A stretch of 64,000 bases of DNA. It comes from an uncultured Trueperaceae bacterium (GTDB taxonomy: Bacteria > Deinococcota > Deinococci > Deinococcales > Trueperaceae). A program made the position numbers and the translations under genes. The notes beneath the pieces are model-generated. The model saw nothing but the letters and a program-made list of their open reading frames with translations, was not told where the DNA came from and did no database searches. The DNA is taken from NCBI GenBank assembly GCA_963727505.1, contig CAVSGP010000004.1, positions 384,001 to 448,000 on the forward strand, read 5' to 3'. Shown in pieces: positions 41,066-51,661 of the stretch (position 1 is the stretch's first letter; every line of letters starts with the position of its first letter).

Positions 41066-41419
41066 TCAAGCGGCCTCGCGTGCCTTGTCGACGAGGCCCT
41101 TGAAGGCTTCGGGCTCCTGGACCGCGAGGTCGGCGAGGACCTTGCGATCGACCTCGACGCCGGCAAGACGAAGGCCGTTGATGAAGCGGGAATAGCTCAT
41201 CCCTTCGGCCCGGGCGGCCGCGTTGATGCGCGCGATCCACAGGCGCCGAAATTCCGTCTTCTTGTCGCGGCGGTCGCGGTAGGCGTAGTCGGCGGCGTTG
41301 AGCAGCGTCTGCTGGGCGGTCCGCACGCTCTTCGAGCGCAGTCCCCAGAAACCCTTGGCACGTTTCAGGATCTTCTTGTGGCGCCGGCGGCGCACCACAC
41401 CGGTCTTGGCGCGTGGCAT
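41066..41419 (-). CDS. rplT: 50S ribosomal protein L20
   Basis: [31 protein letters not shown]. Confidence 0.98.
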   Translation of the reverse strand: MPRAKTGVVRRRRHKKILKRAKGFWGLRSKSVRTAQQTLLNAADYAYRDRRDKKTEFRRLWIARINAAARAEGMSYSRFINGLRLAGVEVDRKVLADLAVQEPEAFKGLVDKAREAA

Positions 41420-41429
41420 GACCTACCTC

Positions 41430-41627
41430 CTACTCGTAGGGCAGGAGCGCCTTGATGCGCTCCGCCTCGGGCTTGGCGAGCAGTAGGCCGGTTCTGCCTC
41501 TCCGGATCCGGTCACCCGACTTCTTGAAGTTCAGGTGCCGCTTGCCGGAGCGCATCGCCTTGACCTTACCTCGCCCAGTGATCTTGACACGGGCTTTGGT
41601 GCCCTTATGGGTCTTGAGTTTCGGCAT
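41430..41627 (-). CDS. rpmI: 50S ribosomal protein L35
   Basis: MPKLKTHKG..LLPY. Confidence 0.97.
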   Translation of the reverse strand: MPKLKTHKGTKARVKITGRGKVKAMRSGKRHLNFKKSGDRIRRGRTGLLLAKPEAERIKALLPYE

Positions 41628-41742
41628 GATGTCTCTCCTCGGCCGCCGCTCGGGGCGACCCGACGCCGTGTCTGCGGCGCCGATCGAATCTCCCTGGACC
41701 GGAAGTTCCAGGTCGCAGAGCGAAGGGGTTCGAACAGGCCTC

Positions 41743-42255
41743 TTACATATCGTGGGGACGAAGGATCATGTTCATGTCCATGCCGGCGATGACGGGCGCG
41801 GAGTCCACCACCGCGAGCTCGGTGAGATCGCTCGCCACCCGGTTGAGGATCTCCTGCCCCAGCTCCGGATGGGTGCGTTCACGACCGCGGAACATGATCG
41901 TGACCTTGACCTTGTGACCGCCCTTGAGGAAGCGACGGATATGATTGACCTTGGTCTCGTAGTCGTGGTCGTCGATCTTCACGCGGAACTTGATCGACTT
42001 CATCTCCTGTTGACGAGAGCGCTTTCGGGCCTCCTTGGCCTGCTGCTGCATCTCGAAGCGGTAGCGGCCGTAGTCCATCAAGCGGGCAACCGGCGGCTCC
42101 GCACTTTCACCCACGAGCACGAGATCCATCTCCGCATCGCGGGCGCGCTGCATGGCGTCACGGGTATCGATGATTCCGATCTGTTCCCCGGACTCCGTGA
42201 TCAGGCGCACCTGGCGAGCACGGATCTGCTCGTTCACCTTCAACTCTCTCGCTAT
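41743..42255 (-). CDS. infC: Translation initiation factor IF-3 (probable ATA start)
   Basis: NEQIRARQVRLI, PPVARLMDYG, FRGRE; SD GGAGGTG 6 nt before ATA. Confidence 0.93.
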   Translation of the reverse strand: MARELKVNEQIRARQVRLITESGEQIGIIDTRDAMQRARDAEMDLVLVGESAEPPVARLMDYGRYRFEMQQQAKEARKRSRQQEMKSIKFRVKIDDHDYETKVNHIRRFLKGGHKVKVTIMFRGRERTHPELGQEILNRVASDLTELAVVDSAPVIAGMDMNMILRPHDM

Positions 42256-42407
42256 GGACTTCACCTCCAAGGGTCGTGCCGGTGCTAGGCCCGGCACAGA
42301 GCGTTTTAGTCTAGCAGATGGCTCCCGCCCCTTCAACGCGCGGTCGACAAGGCGACGAGGCTGCCGGGCGTACGAGGGGACGAGAGCCCCCGCGATACCC
42401 TTGAGCC

Positions 42408-42866
42408 ATGGACGAGCACGACGACGACTCGCTCGACGACATTCCACGCCAGCTCCTCTCGCGCGCACACCGCATCGCCGTGCTGGGCGCCAGCACCCGC
42501 CGGGATCGACCCGCCTTCGAGGTCCCTGCCTACCTGGCGCGCCACGGCTACGAGATCGTGCCGGTGAATCCCCGCTACGCCGGCGAAGAACTCCACGGGC
42601 GAACGGTGCTGGCTTCGCTCTCGGAGATCTCCGAGGGCGTCGACATCGTCGACGTCTTCCGCCGGGCGGAGGACGTCACCGGCCACGTGCAGGAGATCCT
42701 GGCGATGCGGCCGCTGCCGGGCGCGGTCTGGCTCCAGCTCGGTATCCGCAACGACGATGCCGCGCGCACCTTGCGCGAGCACGGGATCGTCGTCGTCCAG
42801 GATCGGTGTACCAAGATCGAGCACCGGCGAGGGACTGCCGAGACCACCGGAGCGACGCGCGCATGA
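42408..42866 (+). CDS. CoA-binding protein (YccU-like)
   Basis: IAVLGAS, PVNP, VDVFR, WLQLGI, DRC; TACCCT 6 nt upstream. Confidence 0.9.
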   Translation: MDEHDDDSLDDIPRQLLSRAHRIAVLGASTRRDRPAFEVPAYLARHGYEIVPVNPRYAGEELHGRTVLASLSEISEGVDIVDVFRRAEDVTGHVQEILAMRPLPGAVWLQLGIRNDDAARTLREHGIVVVQDRCTKIEHRRGTAETTGATRA

Positions 42867-43714
42867 GCGCCGCCGGGACGCGAACGCTTCGCCTCGGCTA
42901 CTCCCCGTGCCCCAACGACGCGTTCATCTTCTACGCGCTGGCGCACGGCCTCAGCGGCGATGGGCAGCAACCCGAGGTGCGCTTCGACATCGCCCTGGAC
43001 GACGTCGAAGCCCTGAATCGTGCCGCCGACCGCGGCGAACTCGACGTGGCCAAGGTCAGCTACCACGCCTACGGCTACCTGGCCGACCGCTACGTCATGC
43101 TGCGCGCGGGAGGCGCCCTCGGAAGCGGCGTGGGGCCACTGATCGTGACCCGCGAGCCGCTGGACGATCTCGCCGGCAAGTCGATCGCCATCCCAGGGGG
43201 CCGTACCACGGCCAACCTGCTCCTGCGCCTGTCGCAACCATCGGCCCGGCTACGCGAGATGCGCTACGACCGGATCATGCCGGCGGTGGCCGCAGGCGAG
43301 GTCGACGCGGGCCTCATCATCCACGAGAGCCGGTTCACCTATCCCGACCACGGCCTGCGTTGCTTCCTCGACCTGGGGACCTGGTGGGAGGAGACGACGG
43401 GCGAGTTGGTTCCGCTCGGCGGCATCGTGGCGCGGCGGGACCTCGGCTCCGAGTTGCTGCACCGCCTTCAGGCGATGCTGCGAGCGAGCCTTACGTACGC
43501 CTGGGAGAACCCCGGTGAGACCCGGGGCTACGTCGCCGAACACGCCCAGGAGATGGACGAGACCGTGAGGCAACGACACATCGACCTCTACGTCAACCAC
43601 TATTCCATGGATGTCGGGCCCGACGGTGCACGCGCCGCCGAGACGCTGCTGGGACGGGCCGTCGAGCAGGGGCTCTTCCCCCGGCCGAAGGGGCCGCTCT
43701 TCCTTTCCGATTGA
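42863..43714 (+). CDS. mqnD: 1,4-dihydroxy-6-naphthoate synthase
   Basis: GYSPCPND, DVEALN, IIHE, DLG.WW, PLG, HIDLYVN; ATGA overlap. Confidence 0.93.
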   Translation: MSAAGTRTLRLGYSPCPNDAFIFYALAHGLSGDGQQPEVRFDIALDDVEALNRAADRGELDVAKVSYHAYGYLADRYVMLRAGGALGSGVGPLIVTREPLDDLAGKSIAIPGGRTTANLLLRLSQPSARLREMRYDRIMPAVAAGEVDAGLIIHESRFTYPDHGLRCFLDLGTWWEETTGELVPLGGIVARRDLGSELLHRLQAMLRASLTYAWENPGETRGYVAEHAQEMDETVRQRHIDLYVNHYSMDVGPDGARAAETLLGRAVEQGLFPRPKGPLFLSD

Positions 43715-43810
43715 CTCCGCGAGTAGGGGCGGGCCGGCGGCGGCCAGGCCCCATCCTCAGGACGTCTGGCCCCTTCATCCTCCTCGCCGCCGAGCGGTAA
43801 GGTGGGCGTC

Positions 43811-44011
43811 ATGGCGAGCTTCACGGTCGGTGAGGAAGTCCTCTACGAAGGTCGACGCTACGTGATCAGCACCGCCCCGGCCCAGCCGCCGTACCGGTAC
43901 CGCCTGCTGGCGACGACGCCGGCGGGCGCCCGCATGGCGTGGGCCCGGGCCGAAGAGCTGCACAAGATCGACGCCTACACCCGGCCCCACGACGATACGC
44001 AGAACATCTGA
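43811..44011 (+). CDS. Small hypothetical protein (66 aa)
   Basis: MASFTVGEEVLYEGRRYVI...; TAAGGT 7 nt upstream; fills the gap between genes. Confidence 0.65.
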   Translation: MASFTVGEEVLYEGRRYVISTAPAQPPYRYRLLATTPAGARMAWARAEELHKIDAYTRPHDDTQNI

Positions 44012-44020
44012 GCTGGCCGT

Positions 44021-44770
44021 TCAGCGGCGCGTCCTCACGGCCACCAGGGCTCGCGCCAGCCGCACGCCGTCCACCGCCGCCTGCTCGAACGGCAGGTAGC
44101 CGCGCGCGCACAGCCCGGCGGCGTACAGCCCCGGCAGCTCAGGCAACCGGTAGCCATCGCCCGCCACCCCGGACGCTTCCAGCACCCGGCAGCGCACCTC
44201 GTAGGGCAGAGCCCCACCGGCGGGATCGGCCGACAACGCCACGTCACGGAACGTGACGCCGCGCTGCTCGAGGTCGAGGTAGAGCTCGTCGTAGGCCATC
44301 TCGCTGAGCCGCCCAGCCACCTCCGTCAGAGATCCCACCGTGAGACGCGCCCGCAGGAAGCTGCCCACGCACAGCGCGACCGGGCGTCCGAGTCGCGCCA
44401 CCCCCTCCCAGGTGTCCACCCCGTCGACGCGCCCACGTTCGTCCAAGCGCAGGGCGGTCACGTTGGACTGCAGCAGATGCAATCCGTCCTGGCGCTCCAG
44501 GGCGTACTTCGCCGCCCGGTGGAGCTCGGCGTTCCGCATGCGCCCGGCACCGTCGGCGTGCTCGGTCCACAGGCTCCGCATGAGCGTGCCCTCCGGGGGC
44601 GCCAGGGTGACCGTGTCTCCCACGGTGTTGTAGACGGTGTCGAGGCTGGTCGTCACCAGGAGCGTGTCGAGGCCCTCGCGGGCACAGGCGTACGCCGCTT
44701 CGCTGCCGGCGATGCCAGCGCCCACCACGATGACCTCGTAGCGGTGGCCGCGCGTCGGGTACGTCGGCAA
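44021..44770 (-). CDS. Short GidA/MnmG-related FAD-binding protein
   Basis: VIVVGAGIAGSEAA, GSFL, AGRLSEMAY; about 250 aa. Confidence 0.75.
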   Translation of the reverse strand: MPTYPTRGHRYEVIVVGAGIAGSEAAYACAREGLDTLLVTTSLDTVYNTVGDTVTLAPPEGTLMRSLWTEHADGAGRMRNAELHRAAKYALERQDGLHLLQSNVTALRLDERGRVDGVDTWEGVARLGRPVALCVGSFLRARLTVGSLTEVAGRLSEMAYDELYLDLEQRGVTFRDVALSADPAGGALPYEVRCRVLEASGVAGDGYRLPELPGLYAAGLCARGYLPFEQAAVDGVRLARALVAVRTRR

Positions 44771-44780
44771 GCGGCAGACC

Positions 44781-45380
44781 TCAGTCGGCGAGCTGGACGC
44801 CGGCCAGCAAGGGCTGGCGCCTCCCGGCAGCTCGGATGAGAACGTGCTCGCCGCGCCGCGTCCGCTGGTAGATCAGCACGCCGGCCGACGCGCCCACCAG
44901 GGGGCTCTCCTCGGGCGCGTCGACCAGCACGCGCAGGTGGAGCGGCAGGGACGTGCGCACATGTCCCAGCTCGTAGCGACGCTCGCCGGTGAGCCGGTAG
45001 CCGAAGAAGACGTCGGGCGGATCATCCCCGGAGTAGATGGTCGTGAGCGATTGCGCCTCGCCAGCACGGTAGTGCGCGACCGCCTCCCACACGGCGGCCT
45101 GGGCATCGGCCTCCTGCACTGTGACGACCTCCGGCGAGCGGGTGTCGCCGAAGAAGGCGGCCGGGAAGTTCCGCGCCTGCGCGTAGAAACCCTCGCGTCC
45201 GACGCGCAGCCGCATCACCTGGTTGTCGTAGGCGCGCCCCTTCACCAGGCTCTTGAAATGCGAGATGGCCAGCCCGAACCGCCGGTCGTGCGCCTCCGCG
45301 AAGTCCTCCCAGTCGGGGTTGACCAGGGAGGCGTCGGTGTTGAGCTCGAAGCCGCTCGTTGTGACGTCCGAGAGGTTCAT
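44781..45380 (-). CDS. Hypothetical protein
   Basis: 199 aa, ATGA-coupled to menG/ubiE, GGAGA RBS; no family recognised. Confidence 0.75.
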   Translation of the reverse strand: MNLSDVTTSGFELNTDASLVNPDWEDFAEAHDRRFGLAISHFKSLVKGRAYDNQVMRLRVGREGFYAQARNFPAAFFGDTRSPEVVTVQEADAQAAVWEAVAHYRAGEAQSLTTIYSGDDPPDVFFGYRLTGERRYELGHVRTSLPLHLRVLVDAPEESPLVGASAGVLIYQRTRRGEHVLIRAAGRRQPLLAGVQLAD

Positions 45381-46096
45381 ATGCGTTTCTCTCCTCGATG
45401 GATGGCTGAGACGCCGAAGGTCTGCAAGCGGAAGTGCACGTCCGCGAATCCGGCAGCGTGCATACGCTCGGCCAGCTCGCTGGGCGCGGGGAACGCCATC
45501 ACGGACGCCGGCAGATAGCGATAGGCGCTCTCGCGCCCCGAGATCAGACCCCCGACGGCGGGCAGCACCCGGGTGAAGTACCAGCGGTAGAGCCGCCCGA
45601 ACGCCCCACCGGGTGGCGGAGGGAACTCCAGCACGACCAGTCGCCCGCCCGGGCGCAGCACCCGCTGGAACTCCCGCAGTCCCGCATCCAGGTCGTCGAA
45701 GTTCCGCAGGCCGTAGGCGATGGTCACGGCGTCGAAGCTGTCGTCCGGGTAGGCGAGCCGGGTACCGTCGCCGACCTCGAACCGCAGGTGCCCATCCCGG
45801 CCACCCGCCTTGGCGCGCGCGAGCTCCAGCATGGGCTCGGCGAAGTCGACGCCCACGATCTCGGCGTCCGGCGCCAGCGAGGCCAGCGTGAATGCCAGGT
45901 CACCCGTGCCGGTCGCGACGTCGAGCACGTGACGCGCCCCGCCTTGGAGCGCCGCACGCGCCGCCTGAACGCGCCAGCGGCGATCGATGCCGAAGCTGAG
46001 GAGTCGGTTGAGGGCGTCGTAGCGCGGAGCGATGGTCGAGAACATCGCCCGCACCTCCGCCGCCTTGTCGCTGGGGACCTGTCCGGCCGACGCCAT
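45377..46096 (-). CDS. ubiE: Demethylmenaquinone methyltransferase (MenG/UbiE)
   Basis: MF..IAPRYD.LN.LLSFG.D..WR, DVATGTGD, YGLRN, AYRYL. Confidence 0.92.
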   Translation of the reverse strand: MASAGQVPSDKAAEVRAMFSTIAPRYDALNRLLSFGIDRRWRVQAARAALQGGARHVLDVATGTGDLAFTLASLAPDAEIVGVDFAEPMLELARAKAGGRDGHLRFEVGDGTRLAYPDDSFDAVTIAYGLRNFDDLDAGLREFQRVLRPGGRLVVLEFPPPPGGAFGRLYRWYFTRVLPAVGGLISGRESAYRYLPASVMAFPAPSELAERMHAAGFADVHFRLQTFGVSAIHRGEKRI

Positions 46097-46186
46097 CCTC
46101 ACGAGGCTACCATGCGCCGTCAGAGCGCAACCGACGCCGCGCGCAGCCCCGCGCGCGGTCCGCACGAAGCCACCCGTACGTTCCGG

Positions 46187-46453
46187 TCAAGCGCGGCGCA
46201 GGCCGTGCTGGTCCAGGAACGCGTCGAACTTCTCCCGCGTGAAGCCAGACAGACTGGTGGCGCGCCCTTCCACCACCAGGGTGGGGACGCTGCGCCGCCC
46301 ATCGTTGACGCGCTGAACGTATTCAGCCGCTTCGGGGTTCTGCTCGATGTCCACCTCGACGAAGGGGATCGCGAACTTCTGCAAGAACGTCTTGGTGCGC
46401 TGGCAATCGCCGCACCAACGGGTCGTGTACATGGTCAAGGGATCGGTCTGCAA
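46187..46453 (-). CDS. Glutaredoxin-like (NrdH/mycoredoxin-like) protein
   Basis: [14 protein letters not shown]. Confidence 0.85.
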   Translation of the reverse strand: MQTDPLTMYTTRWCGDCQRTKTFLQKFAIPFVEVDIEQNPEAAEYVQRVNDGRRSVPTLVVEGRATSLSGFTREKFDAFLDQHGLRRA

Positions 46454-46773
46454 CGCTGTCCTCCAGGCGATCGAGCGGCACCCGTCGGCACGGGTGGCTC
46501 ATGCACTGCACACGAACCTATCAGATGCCGGCTCACGCACCTGTCAACCAGGAAGCACGCTCGGAGCCGCGCGCCTCGGCGCCTCCGGCACCCGCTCTCC
46601 GGCACCCGGATTGTAGCGCCGGACGCGGTCCCTGCGTAGGATGTTCGTATACCCTTTGTTCAAGGTCGGAAAAGCCCCATACCCTGCGATCCCTCCCTGC
46701 ACCCCAACCTCTCTCCAAACCACCCCTGGAGCGACAGGCGACGGGACCGACCCCAAACGAGAAGGAGGAACTC

Positions 46774-47280
46774 ATGAGACACACCCTCAAGACCCTGTTC
46801 GCCGGAGCCGCGCTGGCCGCGCTCCTCACCTTCGGAACCGCCTCCGCCCAGACCATCGTCGACGTGGCGGCGTCGAACCCGGACTTCAGCACCCTCGTCA
46901 CGGCCCTGACCGAGGCCGGCCTGGTCGACACGTTGAACAGCGACGGTCCGTTCACGGTGTTCGCGCCCACCAACGAAGCCTTCGCCGCCCTGCCCGAGGG
47001 CCAGCTCCAGGCGCTGCTCGCCAACAAGGAGCAGCTCGTGGCAGTGCTCACCTACCACGTGGTCGCCGGCAAGGTGATGGCGGCCGACGTCGTCGGCCTC
47101 TCCTCGGCCGAAAGCGTGCAGGGTGAACCCATCGCCATCCGCGTCGGCGCCGGCGGCGTGATGGTCAACGACGCCAACGTCACCGCCACCGACATCCTGG
47201 CCTCCAACGGCGTCATCCATGTCATCGACAAGGTCATCCTGCCCCCGAGCATGACGATGGGCGCCGCCACCAGCAACTGA
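46774..47280 (+). CDS. Secreted fasciclin (FAS1) domain protein
   Basis: Signal peptide, [45 protein letters not shown]. Confidence 0.93.
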   Translation: MRHTLKTLFAGAALAALLTFGTASAQTIVDVAASNPDFSTLVTALTEAGLVDTLNSDGPFTVFAPTNEAFAALPEGQLQALLANKEQLVAVLTYHVVAGKVMAADVVGLSSAESVQGEPIAIRVGAGGVMVNDANVTATDILASNGVIHVIDKVILPPSMTMGAATSN

Positions 47281-47306
47281 CCTGCCCCTCCATCCATCCG
47301 CGAGAG

Positions 47307-47341
47307 GGCGAAGGCGGGGCCAAGTCGGCCCCGCCTTCGCC
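47307..47341 (+). terminator. Probable intrinsic terminator after the fasciclin gene
   Basis: GGCGAAGGCGGGGCC-AAGTC-GGCCCCGCCTTCGCC, then GTTGT. Confidence 0.7.
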
Positions 47342-47476
47342 GTTGTGCGGACGCAGCATGTCTCCGCGCTGCACGCGGCGGCGGGTGCGTCCGCTATACT
47401 GTTTCGTTGAATCCTCGGCGACCACGCCGCTCAACGCCGATCGCCCCCAAGGGGCGCCCACACCCCCGGAGACCAA

Positions 47477-49282
<1,806 letters not shown>

Positions 49283-49331
49283 ACGTCCGCGTACGCCTGC
49301 ACCCGGCCGCGCCGGCCGGCGTCCCCATCGA

Positions 49332-50132
49332 TCAGTTGGGCTCGGGTACCGGTATCGCCGGGGGCGCGCTGGGCGCCGGCGATGCGAGCGGCCGCGCACG
49401 TTCCGTGTCCGAGCCGTCCGGTGGAGCATCGGCGCGCGGCCCCCGCTCCACCAGGATCGGCGCGTAGGGTGCCTCCTGCCGGGCACGGGCCCGACCCTGA
49501 CGCACCAGCTCCATCAGCGCCGCGAAGCTCACCGTGCGGGTCGACCAGTCCGTCGCGTCGGCCAGCTCGAAGAGGCGCCCCCGTCCCAGCCGGCGCAGGG
49601 CGGCCATCACGCGGCGCATGGCCCCGGCCAGCGTGAGACGCTCGAGCGCGAGTTCGAAGTAGTTACCGACACGGTAGCGGCCCGCGATCCTCGCGAGGTC
49701 GGTGGGGTGGGCGCGCAACGGCCGCTCAGGCCGTGGATACTCCGGCCGGGGCGCCCGTGCGGGCAGCACCAGCCGGCGCTCCTCGCGCCGCAGCCGCAGG
49801 AACTGCACCGCTTCCTCCAGCTCCTCCAACAGGGTGACCGCCGACAGGGTCTCCTCCAGCACCTCGCCGTCGTCGGGCTCCTCGCGCGGGGGACGCGGTA
49901 GCAGCAGCCGGACCTTCAGCTCGATGACCTGCGCCACGCGCGGCAACGCCTCGCTGGCGAGCTCGAGATCGTGCTCTGCCGCGGCGTCGAAGAACACCAG
50001 ATAGTCGCGGACCAGGCGGTAGAGGTCGAGGCGGCGCGGCGCCAGGTTGCCGCTTCGCAGCGCGTGCGCCAGCTCCCCGAGCGTCCCGCGGAAGTGCTCC
50101 TGCTCGACGGTGAACGCGTTCGCGTCGGCCAC
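49332..50132 (-). CDS. scpA: Segregation and condensation protein A (kleisin)
   Basis: F.G.L..L, ELKVRLLLP, FAALMELVR.G..Q..PY. Confidence 0.8.
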   Translation of the reverse strand: MADANAFTVEQEHFRGTLGELAHALRSGNLAPRRLDLYRLVRDYLVFFDAAAEHDLELASEALPRVAQVIELKVRLLLPRPPREEPDDGEVLEETLSAVTLLEELEEAVQFLRLRREERRLVLPARAPRPEYPRPERPLRAHPTDLARIAGRYRVGNYFELALERLTLAGAMRRVMAALRRLGRGRLFELADATDWSTRTVSFAALMELVRQGRARARQEAPYAPILVERGPRADAPPDGSDTERARPLASPAPSAPPAIPVPEPN

Positions 50133-50181
50133 GCCGCGAGTCTACCATCGGCCCGCCGCGGCTCCGAACGCCCCGGCGGCG

Positions 50182-50799
50182 TCAATCCAGGAAGGGGTCC
50201 ACGCCCTCCGCCGCGAGGTGACGGGTGTCGTTGACGCGCTCGACGATGGCATCGTCGCCGCGGAACAGCACCCGGCTGATACCGGTGTGGCGCAGGTAGA
50301 TGCGCTTGCGCCAGCGCGGCCGCTCGACGCCGAGCACATGGGCCAGCAGCATCTGGATGGTGCCCGAGTGACTCACCGCGACCACGTGGTCCGGGCCGTC
50401 CAGCTCAACCATCCATGCCACCACCCGCTCCCGAAGCTGGCGGTAGGACTCCCCGCCAGGCGCCGAACGCTCGTAGGGATCGGCGATCCACCACGCCCAC
50501 TCGGGACGGATCTCGTTCTGCTGCTGGGTCGCCCCCTCGAAGGCGCCGAAGTCGATCTCCGCGAGGCGAGCGTCGAGCCGGATCTCGCGTTCCGGGAAGG
50601 CGATCTCGGCCGTCTCGCGTGCCCGACCCAGCGGACTGGAGTAGACGACGGCGTCGGGCTCCAGGCCGCGCACGTGACGCGCCAGGCGGCGCGCCTGTTT
50701 CCTCCCCTGCTCGGAAAGCGCGATGTCGCTCTGCCCCTGGAACTGCCCGCTGACGTTCCAAGGGGTGAGTGCGTGACGGATCAGCGTGAGCCGGTGCAT
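50182..50799 (-). CDS. Histidine phosphatase (phosphoglycerate mutase family)
   Basis: RHALT.WN..QG..D, SSPL.RA.ETA, E..FG.FEG, SH.G. Confidence 0.88.
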   Translation of the reverse strand: MHRLTLIRHALTPWNVSGQFQGQSDIALSEQGRKQARRLARHVRGLEPDAVVYSSPLGRARETAEIAFPEREIRLDARLAEIDFGAFEGATQQQNEIRPEWAWWIADPYERSAPGGESYRQLRERVVAWMVELDGPDHVVAVSHSGTIQMLLAHVLGVERPRWRKRIYLRHTGISRVLFRGDDAIVERVNDTRHLAAEGVDPFLD

Positions 50800-50899
50800 C
50801 CGGCCCCGAGTCTACCAGCCCCCGACCCCGCGCGCCCGCCCGGGCGAACGTGTCGCCACCACGTGCAGAACGCTCTTTTGCCCATGCTAGGGTCGCCAT

Positions 50900-51616
50900 A
50901 TGGAGATCTCCGGCAAGACAGCCCTGGTCACCGGCGCGAGTCGCGGCATCGGCCGCGCCGTCGCCCAAGCCCTGGTCGAAGCGGGCATGAACGTCACCTT
51001 GACGTCGCGGCACGCCGACGACGTGGAGCGTACAGCCGAGGCACTGAGCGCCGCCGGCGGCGGTCGAGCACTGGGCGTGGCGTGCGACGTACGCGAATAC
51101 GAGGCGCTCGAGCGCGCCGTGGACGCCACGCTGGAGCGCTTCGGCAGCCTCGACGCGGTCGTCGCCAACGCCGGGATCGGCGCCTTCGCCCCCGTCGACA
51201 GCATGAGCCTCGACGCCTGGCGCTCCACCATCGACACCAACCTGAGCGGCGTGTTCTACACGGTGAAGGCGTCGGTGGAAGCGCTCAAGCGGAGCCAGGG
51301 CACCATCATCACCGTCGGCAGCCTGGCCGGCGCCAACTTCTTCGCGGGAGGCGCAGCCTACAACGCCAGCAAGTTCGGCCTCGCCGGTTTCAGCCAGGCC
51401 GTCATGCTCGACCTGCGCAAGCACGGGATCAAGGTCTCGACGATCATGCCGGGCTCGGTCGCCACCCACTTCTCCGGCAACGCCCCCGGCCCGGACGAGG
51501 CCTGGAAGATCCAGCCCGAGGACCTCGCCGAGATGGTGCTCTACCTGCTGCGCACACCGCAACGCACCCTGCCGAGCAAGATCGAGGTGCGCCCCAGCAG
51601 ACCGCCGGGCAGCTAG
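50900..51616 (+). CDS. SDR-family oxidoreductase
   Basis: TGASRGIG, NAG, YNASK. Confidence 0.92.
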   Translation: MEISGKTALVTGASRGIGRAVAQALVEAGMNVTLTSRHADDVERTAEALSAAGGGRALGVACDVREYEALERAVDATLERFGSLDAVVANAGIGAFAPVDSMSLDAWRSTIDTNLSGVFYTVKASVEALKRSQGTIITVGSLAGANFFAGGAAYNASKFGLAGFSQAVMLDLRKHGIKVSTIMPGSVATHFSGNAPGPDEAWKIQPEDLAEMVLYLLRTPQRTLPSKIEVRPSRPPGS

Positions 51617-51661
51617 CGGCACCGGGCGGCACCGGGCTCGGCCTGCCGGTACACTGTTCCC

